From: a virus
Taxonomy: Duplodnaviria; Caudoviricetes
Length of the DNA: 32,332 nucleotides
Virus record (IMG/VR): IMGVR_UViG_3300032305_001548
Location: 1 to 32,332 of that record
Strand: one strand, 5' to 3'
Positions 17,245-24,155 of the stretch are shown in pieces (positions within the stretch are counted from its first letter, which is position 1; each line of letters begins with the position of its first letter). The notes below the pieces were generated by a model. The model was not told the DNA's origin. It saw only the letters and a list, made by a program, of their open reading frames with translations, and did not search any database. A program made the translations under genes and the position numbers.

Positions 17245-17772
17245 ATGCGCGTTTACGTCAACCTCGATTCCCGCGAATTCGTTGTTTCTCCTGTTTTGTT
17301 GCAGCGGGTAAGCACGCTATTTTTTACCCGCCGAGACATCGTGCCTGTCCAAGTTCAGTTCGTGCGCGGCGGCACGGTAGTCGAATTGGCAGCCGGGGCC
17401 ACAGGCCAGATGGGCCTTAAAAAGACCTTTGCTGGCAGCTTCTTGGCCAATGACGCTGCATTTACCAAAACCGGCACGGGGACAACCACCGTCTATCAGT
17501 TCGACCTCAACCTAAACACGACCAACCTCAACGCGGAGTTCCCGCTAGACACGGAGGAAAGCATCACCGCCAAGGTCGAAATTGAGTGGACGGAAAGCGG
17601 AACGACCTCCTCCACGCTGCCGACAAGCGCGACTGTTTTTAACGATGTGATCCGTGGCGGCGAAGGCGTGCCGACTGTCACGGCAGCGGCCTCGTTTAAG
17701 CTCCTTTCGGCTGACTCAAGCCTTTGGACGATCACCGTGGACAACGATGGAATTTTGACAGCGACCAAATAA
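17245..17772 (+). CDS. Fibre adaptor / BppU-N-like Ig-fold protein
   Basis: FTRRDIVPVQVQF, FDLNLNT, VEIEW, VFNDVIRG; C-terminal WTITVDNDGILTATK. Confidence 0.55.
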   Translation: MRVYVNLDSREFVVSPVLLQRVSTLFFTRRDIVPVQVQFVRGGTVVELAAGATGQMGLKKTFAGSFLANDAAFTKTGTGTTTVYQFDLNLNTTNLNAEFPLDTEESITAKVEIEWTESGTTSSTLPTSATVFNDVIRGGEGVPTVTAAASFKLLSADSSLWTITVDNDGILTATK

Positions 17773-17782
17773 CGAAAGCCCA

Positions 17783-19255
17783 ATGAAACTCCGCCTCCTA
17801 ATACTCCTCGCCGCCGCCGCCGCCCTGGCTGCCGCACCCGCCGCAGGGCAGACCGTAAAATCTTTAGGATACAACACAACGAACGGGCAAATAGTTTACA
17901 GCGGCAGCAATTCCCTAACCTTCACAAACGCGCTGCAATTTGCCACCAACGCCCGGGCGACCACGCGCACGAACTTGGGGCTCGGCGGAAGCGACAGCGT
18001 TACCTTTAGCAACTTGTCACTTAACGCGAGTGGAAGTTTAGCGATAGGGGGCATGAATGTGACCGCTATAACCTCGGGCATAGACCTCGCATTCAAACGC
18101 GCCGGGAGCACTGAACTGGAACTAAAAACTAACGGGCTTATTTTACACGCAGGTTCATATGCTTTCAGCGGTGGCAACAGCAATGGAGCCTCGACCAGCC
18201 GCACCAACTTGGGCCTCGGCGGAACTAACACCGTAACCTTCAGCAACATTCAACTAAACAGCTTCCCCGGTGGTGGCAGCACTGGGTTTGTCGGTCACAG
18301 CGCTGGTCAGTTAACACTGTACGGCACAAACGTCTCGACCTCGGTCCCTGCCTTTTACGGATATGACGGATTCAACAACACCGCCTTTTCTGCAGCGACG
18401 GCGCGCACCAACCTAGCCTTGGGCGCAACCAACAACGTCACGTTCTCCAACGTAACAGCAAGCGGAACCCTCACCGCCACCGGCAACGCGACCCTCAACG
18501 GCACCGACAACCTCGCGCCATCACAGACAACAAACAGTGCATCGAGCTTGATGACTCGATCGCTTTCCGATGCACGGTATCTGCCGAACTTCAGCCAATT
18601 TCTAAACGGGAGGTTTTATTACCAAACGGCGGCAGACTGGATGCCAACCAAGGCAACGAACGGCGGAACAGCATCTTTTGTTGCAACAGGATCTCGCTGG
18701 GCGGTCAATTTGGCCACCAATGCCAGCAGCGCAAGTGGCGTGCGGTTGGGAAGATTGGATCGCGGATACAATGACACCCCCATCCTGGCTTGGAGCGGAG
18801 CATTCACTGCATTTGTTTACGCCGAAATATGGTCAAGAACAAATGCGATATGCCGTTTTGTTGTGACCCAGACCGGAACCACAGAGGGCATAGCAAACTA
18901 TCCTACCAACAGGGCGGTTGGTATAGAATTTCGCGGAGACGCTAATATGGAAGCCCGATTGATCGCGCACAACGGGACCACCGCAACCAATGGTCCTTGG
19001 GTTTCGTTTGATTATGGAAGTATTGTTTATGCTTACAACACTCTTTTTGCAGTAAGGCACTTAACAAACGGGACTGTGGAACTTTATAGGAACTCCACCA
19101 ACGTGCCATCGGCCACGATAACGGGTGGGCCGACCAATGGATCATCGGCAAGTTTTGTCCATGTTGACTACGGCATGGAGAACAGCACTAACGCGGCAGT
19201 CAACGCAGGAAATATGCAAAACAGCGTCCAATGGTGGGGCGTCGAATACGATTAA
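17783..19255 (+). CDS. Fibre-like / receptor-binding protein with N-terminal signal peptide
   Basis: MKLRLLILLAAAAALAAAPAAG-Q; three RTNL(G/A)LG..VTFSN repeats; SDARY; lectin-like beta-rich C-domain. Confidence 0.65.
   Translation: MKLRLLILLAAAAALAAAPAAGQTVKSLGYNTTNGQIVYSGSNSLTFTNALQFATNARATTRTNLGLGGSDSVTFSNLSLNASGSLAIGGMNVTAITSGIDLAFKRAGSTELELKTNGLILHAGSYAFSGGNSNGASTSRTNLGLGGTNTVTFSNIQLNSFPGGGSTGFVGHSAGQLTLYGTNVSTSVPAFYGYDGFNNTAFSAATARTNLALGATNNVTFSNVTASGTLTATGNATLNGTDNLAPSQTTNSASSLMTRSLSDARYLPNFSQFLNGRFYYQTAADWMPTKATNGGTASFVATGSRWAVNLATNASSASGVRLGRLDRGYNDTPILAWSGAFTAFVYAEIWSRTNAICRFVVTQTGTTEGIANYPTNRAVGIEFRGDANMEARLIAHNGTTATNGPWVSFDYGSIVYAYNTLFAVRHLTNGTVELYRNSTNVPSATITGGPTNGSSASFVHVDYGMENSTNAAVNAGNMQNSVQWWGVEYD
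17965..18451 (+). repeat. Three dispersed ~49-bp coding repeats (RTNLGLGG..VTFSN)
   Basis: Copies at about 17965-18013, 18199-18248 and 18403-18451. Confidence 0.8.
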
Positions 19256-19257
19256 CC

Positions 19258-19620
19258 ATGAAACTCCTCCTCTCCAACAACAGCTTAACCCGCTATTCCC
19301 AAAGCGGAGCATACGCCACCACCACCGCCATCCCTCTCGACGGCGACCTCGCCACAACCGCGCAGAGCCTGCTCGCATGGTTGCAAGCCCAACTGGTCAA
19401 AGGCGAGGCCGTGGGTCAAGTATTCATTGAGCCAGAAGGAACGCACTCCGAACTCGACGCAGAGGGTAACGTCATCTCGACCCGTGCCAAGCTATCCGCC
19501 GCCATCACCGCGCATACGGAAGTAGGATCGCGGTCCGCAGTGTTCTCCAGCGAGAGTCTTCCCGCAGAACTGCGCGATGGTCTGCTCGCAGCGTGGACCG
19601 CAATAGAAGCAATGCCGTGA
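19258..19620 (+). CDS. Hypothetical protein (possible fibre chaperone)
   Basis: ATG 2 nt after fibre stop; 120 aa. Confidence 0.6.
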   Translation: MKLLLSNNSLTRYSQSGAYATTTAIPLDGDLATTAQSLLAWLQAQLVKGEAVGQVFIEPEGTHSELDAEGNVISTRAKLSAAITAHTEVGSRSAVFSSESLPAELRDGLLAAWTAIEAMP

Positions 19621-19811
19621 GTCTTCTGGATCAACATCTCTCGACTGTCGAACGAGGTGCGCTCGGAACGCTTGCCACTACGGGCAGCGTAGCGATTTCA
19701 TTCTTGTCGCAGTTTGAATTGTATCTTCGCATCGGAGGATTGCTGATCGGCTTGGCAATCGGCGTGGTAACTTTGATGAGTGTGTGGCGTGATTTTCAGC
19801 GGAAGAAATAA
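19617..19811 (+). CDS. Small membrane protein, holin-like
   Basis: GTGA-coupled start; hydrophobic segment IGGLLIGLAIGVVTLMSVW with basic C-tail. Confidence 0.55.
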   Translation: MSLLDQHLSTVERGALGTLATTGSVAISFLSQFELYLRIGGLLIGLAIGVVTLMSVWRDFQRKK

Positions 19812-19812
19812 T

Positions 19813-20163
19813 ATGGCCGCGACTACCTACGATCTAACCATTGAGCAGGGCGCGACTTTTTCTTTGGTCATCACCTACAAGGACAATGACACACCAGTAA
19901 ATTTAACTGGCTACACCGCTCGGATGCAAGTGCGTAGCACGATGGAATCTGCGACTGTGCTTATTGAACTTACGACAGGCGCAGATGGTCGCATTGTTTT
20001 AGGAGGGTCCGCTGGAACCATCACAATGACGATAGCGGCTACTGATACTGCCGCACTTACGGCAGGACGCGCGGTGTATGATCTGGAATTGGTTAGCGGC
20101 GGCGGCATCGTGACGAGGTTAATCCAAGGGGTCTGCACTATTTCCCGCAACGTCACGAGGTGA
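19813..20163 (+). CDS. BppU-N-like virion structural protein
   Basis: YDLTIEQGATF, PVNLTGYTARMQVR, VYDLEL, VTRLIQG, VTR end. Confidence 0.7.
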   Translation: MAATTYDLTIEQGATFSLVITYKDNDTPVNLTGYTARMQVRSTMESATVLIELTTGADGRIVLGGSAGTITMTIAATDTAALTAGRAVYDLELVSGGGIVTRLIQGVCTISRNVTR

Positions 20164-20166
20164 TCT

Positions 20167-20379
20167 ATGGCATCCGAGATTGTTATTCAAGCAAGCACCG
20201 CAACGCTCGTCTTGGAAGTTAGTCAAACCTCTGTTCTTGAAATCGGAGCGGCGGGACCACAAGGCACATCTGCCGTTCTTGCCAATGGCGTGACCTCTGT
20301 GACCTTCGTGACCTCGACCGGAGTTCAGTATTCAGTAGCCGTCGACGATGATGGAGTGTTGACCACGACAAAGCTTTGA
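20167..20379 (+). CDS. Small virion protein
   Basis: AGPQG linker; C-terminal YSVAVDDDGVLTTTKL similar to the end of the 17245 protein. Confidence 0.55.
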   Translation: MASEIVIQASTATLVLEVSQTSVLEIGAAGPQGTSAVLANGVTSVTFVTSTGVQYSVAVDDDGVLTTTKL

Positions 20380-20381
20380 CA
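20376..20381 (+). promoter_or_regulatory. TTGACA motif, 15 nt before ATG 20397
   Basis: Recurrent motif; contains upstream TGA stop. Confidence 0.65.
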
Positions 20382-20396
20382 CGCAGCCAAGGATCT

Positions 20397-20558
20397 ATGG
20401 AAAAGATTCTTGAACAACTCGGACAGAACAGCACTTGGCGCGGACTTATTCTTCTTGCAGGTGCGCTTGGATGGCAGCTTTCGGAGACGCACAACGAGGC
20501 GATCATCGCCGCCGCTATCGGATTGGTTGGGTTGATCAACGTCTTTCGCAAAGGCTAA
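20397..20558 (+). CDS. Holin-like two-TM protein
   Basis: 53 aa; STWRGLILLAGALG and AIIAAAIGLVGLINVF; basic C-end; upstream of amidase. Confidence 0.65.
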   Translation: MEKILEQLGQNSTWRGLILLAGALGWQLSETHNEAIIAAAIGLVGLINVFRKG

Positions 20559-20560
20559 TC

Positions 20561-20701
20561 GTGCGCCATTTTCTTTTGGCGTCTCTCGCGTTGCTCCTAA
20601 CCGGATGCGCCGGAATGAAAGTCGGCATGGGTTACAATATGGAGGAGAGGCAGTTTTTCCTTCAGCTTGAAAAGCCTCTTGAGTCCGGATTAAAAAAGTG
20701 A
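20561..20701 (+). CDS. Small lipoprotein (spanin-like)
   Basis: MRHFLLASLALLLTG-C lipobox; in lysis cassette, GTGA-coupled to the endolysin. Confidence 0.6.
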   Translation: MRHFLLASLALLLTGCAGMKVGMGYNMEERQFFLQLEKPLESGLKK

Positions 20702-21306
20702 AGTTCTTCTCATGGTTAAAAGCTTTATTCGCGGCCTCTCCCGCTGGCCCTCCACCGACCTCGCTGAAATCGTCATTGCCATCCAAGGCATCCTCCACAG
20801 ACGCGCCGAGCAAGCCAAAGGCGACAAGCCCAAGGCATCGAGAAAAGCAACTGAACACGCCGAACGTAAGTAACGGAAGAAGCATTGTTCCCAAGGCGAT
20901 CGTTCTGCATCATACGAGCGGAAACTATAATGGTTCTGTCGCGTGGTGCTTGGACCCGGCAAGTCGCGTCAGCTATCATTGCATCGTTGCGAAAGACGGA
21001 CGCAGAAGCGTCCTCGCAGATGCGGACGAACGCACTTGGCACGCTGGAGTTTCATCGTGGCGTGGTCGCAAAGACCTTAATTCGTGGAGTGTTGGTGCAG
21101 CATTTGAAGGTGATACCAACAAGCGTCAGCTTAACGAGGCCGAGATGGAAAGCATGGCCGACTATCTGCTTCCCATAATGAAACGCTACAACCTTTTCTT
21201 GAGAGACGTTACGGATCACCGGACTGTCTCGCCCGGAAGGAAAGACGATCTTGCGATGTCCGAGTTTGCAAGGTTCAAGGACTATCTCTCAAAGCGACTT
21301 GGTTGA
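20698..21306 (+). CDS. Endolysin, N-acetylmuramoyl-L-alanine amidase (Amidase_2)
   Basis: IVLHHTSG, VSYHCIV, TWHAG, LNSWSVG, TDHRTVSPGRKDD. Confidence 0.92.
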   Translation: MKFFSWLKALFAASPAGPPPTSLKSSLPSKASSTDAPSKPKATSPRHREKQLNTPNVSNGRSIVPKAIVLHHTSGNYNGSVAWCLDPASRVSYHCIVAKDGRRSVLADADERTWHAGVSSWRGRKDLNSWSVGAAFEGDTNKRQLNEAEMESMADYLLPIMKRYNLFLRDVTDHRTVSPGRKDDLAMSEFARFKDYLSKRLG

Positions 21307-21369
21307 ACGTGTTTAATTATTTGCGTTCTTTAGACACGTTCTCAAGACGTGTATAAGGCATCGACACAT
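21305..21369. repeat. Alternating inverted ACGTGT/ACACGT repeats between convergent genes (possible terminator or binding site)
   Basis: GAACGTGTTTAA...TTAGACACGTTC hairpin; ACACGT-N7-ACGTGT; GACACAT. Confidence 0.55.
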
Positions 21370-21788
21370 CAAAGCCGCTTTGCCAAATACAAAGCAGACT
21401 TGCCGCCCCACTTGGTGGCAGGACGATAGAACCGATAGCCGCAGCGGATGAGCGAGTTGATCGAGGGGCAGTTCCATAAGACGCAATACGTCACCAACTC
21501 CCGCAAACCCTCGGCCCTAGCCCATGCTTCCCGCGCACGGATCAGACGTTTTTGCAGGCCACGCCCACGGTGGCGAGCAACAACCCCTACGCGGCACAAG
21601 AACCCCAGGCCCGCATTGTGATCTTCTTGGCAGACGCGAAGCCCTGCGTAGGCCACAGGTTCGTCGCCGCGATAGGCCAACCACCACATCGATCCGTCAA
21701 GACTCACCCGGGCATCGTGCGGAAAGCATTCCTCGTCCAGCGGCAGAACCGCCAGCGGCGTCTCCTCGCGCTGGATGTGGTAGGTCAT
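21369..21788 (-). CDS. GNAT family acetyltransferase
   Basis: RVGVVARHRGRGLQKRLI (acetyl-CoA motif A), NCPSINSLIRCGY; start MTYH overlaps upstream stop. Confidence 0.85.
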   Translation of the reverse strand: MTYHIQREETPLAVLPLDEECFPHDARVSLDGSMWWLAYRGDEPVAYAGLRVCQEDHNAGLGFLCRVGVVARHRGRGLQKRLIRAREAWARAEGLRELVTYCVLWNCPSINSLIRCGYRFYRPATKWGGKSALYLAKRL

Positions 21789-22036
21789 TTGAGTCTGTAG
21801 TGCGGAACAGGCCGAGTCTGCGCGGCCAACTTGATGGTGAAGCTGCGCTTTTCGGCAAGACCCGCTTCGACCATCCGCGCCAAGGAAGTGCTGGTGCTGC
21901 ACTCGCTGCGCCCTCGGGCTTTTGATAGTTCCTTGCAAGTGAACCAACCGGGCGGGACGACCTCGGCCACCACGGTTCCAGCGGCCAGGGCTTTGCACCA
22001 CCTCGCCAAGTCTGGGTCGGGCTTTGCTGTCTTCAT
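21785..22036 (-). CDS. Small winged-HTH protein
   Basis: VPPGWFTCKELSKARGRSECSTSTSLARMVEAGLAEKR, PVPHYR. Confidence 0.65.
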   Translation of the reverse strand: MKTAKPDPDLARWCKALAAGTVVAEVVPPGWFTCKELSKARGRSECSTSTSLARMVEAGLAEKRSFTIKLAAQTRPVPHYRLK

Positions 22037-22767
22037 AGCGGCAGCCGGTAGTGCGGCGACAAAGTCTCCAGCCGCACAATGGTCAGGTTGTCCGAATACT
22101 CAAACCAGCAGAGGCCGTGCGCCCAGCCAAGGGTCTGCCGGCGGGTCTGGGCATAACCCACATCGAGCTTGATCCCGCAACCCACATTGTAGCCGACCAC
22201 CGGGCGCTGAGTGCGGCCCTGCTCTTGGGCGACTCGATGGGTGTGGCCAAAGACGCAAGACATCCCAAGCGCCTCGGCGTGATCCCGAGCCGCGCTCACG
22301 TTGTACATCACCCCATGCAGGAAAAGGGCGTTGCCAAGCTGCACGCAAGCGGAAGGTCGCAGGCCGTCGTAGGGGATGAGCTTGGCCTTCATCTCCTTGG
22401 CCGCATCGGAGATCCGCCCGAGCACGTTGCCGGCGGCGTAGCTGACCACGGCATTGCCGCTGTGAGCCAGGCCGACCAGCCGGTGCTCGTGGTTGCCCAT
22501 TAGGACGTGCGTCGGCTCTAACTCCCGCAGGAACGACAGGCCAGCCAGCAAATCGTCGGCCATGCTTTCCGCTCGATCAGGATCGTCGGGCTTGGCCGAG
22601 GACCGCAGCGCGGCCATGTCGGTGAAGTCTCCGAGGTGCAGAACCGTATCGGGTTTCCACAACTGCCGCATCTTGAGCATGGCGGCCAGCGCCTTTGGGT
22701 CGGCCTCATGGCCATGAGTGCATGAAATCGCCAGACCACGGCGAAATTTTCGGGTTACGCTCGCCAC
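22033..22767 (-). CDS. Calcineurin-like metallophosphoesterase
   Basis: ISCTHG, HLGDFTD, MGNHE, LHG, FGHTHR; GTG start 22767 chosen from the motif. Confidence 0.88.
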   Translation of the reverse strand: MASVTRKFRRGLAISCTHGHEADPKALAAMLKMRQLWKPDTVLHLGDFTDMAALRSSAKPDDPDRAESMADDLLAGLSFLRELEPTHVLMGNHEHRLVGLAHSGNAVVSYAAGNVLGRISDAAKEMKAKLIPYDGLRPSACVQLGNALFLHGVMYNVSAARDHAEALGMSCVFGHTHRVAQEQGRTQRPVVGYNVGCGIKLDVGYAQTRRQTLGWAHGLCWFEYSDNLTIVRLETLSPHYRLPL

Positions 22768-22781
22768 GAAGCGGCGCGCTA

Positions 22782-22787
22782 TGTCAA
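22782..22787 (-). promoter_or_regulatory. TTGACA motif on minus strand, 14 nt before GTG 22767
   Basis: Minus strand reads TTGACATAGCGCGCCGCTTCGTG. Confidence 0.65.
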
Positions 22788-22854
22788 AAAACACTGACTA
22801 TACAATTTCACAAACGGGCTTGCCTTATGCCGCAAACGGCCTATTGATTGCCCT

Positions 22855-23208
22855 ATGCCGAATTGCCCCTGTTGCGGCCAACAACTCCCGCCCGAACAGC
22901 CCGAGTGGCGCAAGGACGGCGAGGCTTTGGGGCGGGTGAGGGGAGCTATTGCCAGGATGCTGCGGGAGCCTGACTCGCTGGCCGGCCTGCCCGCCCAGGC
23001 CAAAAGAGCGCTGTCGGCGGCAGGGATGGCGGGTGCGCCCGAGGCCATAGCCAAGGCGCTTTACGAAAATCTGGTGACGGTCAAGACCAAGGGGATCGGA
23101 CCATGCACAATGAACCGCATTGAACGATGGCTGGAGGGCAAAGGAATCGTGCGCGTTAGCAGGGACGAAAAGTTTTTTTACAAAAAGACAAAAAAGTGGT
23201 TGACGTAA
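22855..23208 (+). CDS. CxxC + RNA polymerase alpha-CTD-like (HhH) protein
   Basis: CPCCGQ; LPAQAKRALSAAG...KTKGIGPCTMNRIERWLEGKG. Confidence 0.55.
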   Translation: MPNCPCCGQQLPPEQPEWRKDGEALGRVRGAIARMLREPDSLAGLPAQAKRALSAAGMAGAPEAIAKALYENLVTVKTKGIGPCTMNRIERWLEGKGIVRVSRDEKFFYKKTKKWLT

Positions 23209-23228
23209 TGCAAGTGTGCTTGTATCAC
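23200..23228 (+). promoter_or_regulatory. Sigma70-type early promoter
   Basis: TTGACG-N17-TATCAC with A/T tracts upstream (about 23168-23195, UP-element-like). Confidence 0.6.
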
Positions 23229-23233
23229 GCTAC

Positions 23234-23488
23234 ATGAACAAACGCACCCCAATGCAAAATAACGAAACCAAAGCCAGTATTAACCTACGCAAAGAGCGTA
23301 GCCCCGAAGCCACCGTGTTGTGCATCAGCCTGCCACGGATAATGAAAAACGCCATCGTTCGCCGGGCCAGAAACCGCGATATGAGCGTGTCCACCATGCT
23401 CCGCGATTGGATCTTGCCGACCCTGCAAGACCGTGACGAGCAGTTTGCCGCCGAATGGCAGCGACGCATGAGCCGCATCGAATACTAA
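23234..23488 (+). CDS. Ribbon-helix-helix regulator
   Basis: VLCISLPRIMKNAIVRRARNRDMSVSTMLRDWI. Confidence 0.7.
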   Translation: MNKRTPMQNNETKASINLRKERSPEATVLCISLPRIMKNAIVRRARNRDMSVSTMLRDWILPTLQDRDEQFAAEWQRRMSRIEY

Positions 23489-23509
23489 CACGGCGTCATA
23501 ACCCACTTT

Positions 23510-23749
23510 ATGTCCGTAATAACAAGCGAACAGTGTCCAGCCGCTGCCGTTCAGCGGGAACATCAACCAAATAATACAGCGTGTGGGAGCTCCAATATTC
23601 AATTAGTCATGACATATAAAGAGACTGCCACCTCCGTGGAAGTGTCTCCAGAACTAGCCGCTTGGCTCCACGAAAGATGCACAGAATTAGATGTTTGCGC
23701 TCTTTCCGTTCTGGTCGGTTGCGCTGAGTTTGTCATGCAGTCTGAATAA
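23510..23749 (+). CDS. Hypothetical protein, weakly RHH-like (true start may be the later MTYK)
   Basis: TSVEVSPELAAWLHERC; fills gap between two RHH genes. Confidence 0.35.
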   Translation: MSVITSEQCPAAAVQREHQPNNTACGSSNIQLVMTYKETATSVEVSPELAAWLHERCTELDVCALSVLVGCAEFVMQSE

Positions 23750-23751
23750 GA

Positions 23752-23961
23752 ATGCGTAATATGCCGAAAGACGCGCCAATACTGCTCCCTGTCTCAATCC
23801 GACTTCCTGCCAACGTGGTGCAAGAGGCTCGGCAACAGGGGGAATTTGTGCGCGGAGGGGCCAGTCAGGTTTTAAGAACCTGGCTGGTCGCCGGCAAGGC
23901 CAAATTGACTCCTAAATTTTTGCGCGGTTCGTATTACGCGCCAATACACCAAAAGAAATAA
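23752..23961 (+). CDS. Ribbon-helix-helix regulator
   Basis: PVSIRLPANVVQEARQQG...ASQVLRTWL. Confidence 0.6.
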   Translation: MRNMPKDAPILLPVSIRLPANVVQEARQQGEFVRGGASQVLRTWLVAGKAKLTPKFLRGSYYAPIHQKK

Positions 23962-23966
23962 AAAAC

Positions 23967-24155
23967 ATGGACCCCATTAACATCATCGCAGGAACCTCGG
24001 CCTTGGCTGCCCTCATTGGCCTAGCCTTCATGTCGGGCCACGAGTATGGCCGCAAGGCCGGCATCACCACCGAGCGCCGGCTGGCCGATCATCGGGTAAG
24101 CGCGCTTCTTGAGCGCGAAAACCGCCGCGCCCCTCGCAGGAGCAACCGCAAATGA
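23967..24155 (+). CDS. Small single-TM protein
   Basis: N-terminal hydrophobic helix, GHEYGRKAG, basic tail. Confidence 0.6.
   Translation: MDPINIIAGTSALAALIGLAFMSGHEYGRKAGITTERRLADHRVSALLERENRRAPRRSNRK

Noticed and set aside
17755-17760. TTGACA 22 nt upstream of the fibre ATG
   Set aside because: Spacer out of range, and explained by the Leu-Thr codons of the conserved C-terminal motif (the paralogue has TTGACC at the same place)
17965-18451. Fibre repeats as DGR template/variable repeats
   Set aside because: No reverse transcriptase; differences are mostly synonymous and not adenine-specific
21789-22079. Long N-terminal extension of the GNAT ORF (236 aa)
   Set aside because: Overlaps the wHTH gene in another frame; the coupled ATG at 21788 is the better start
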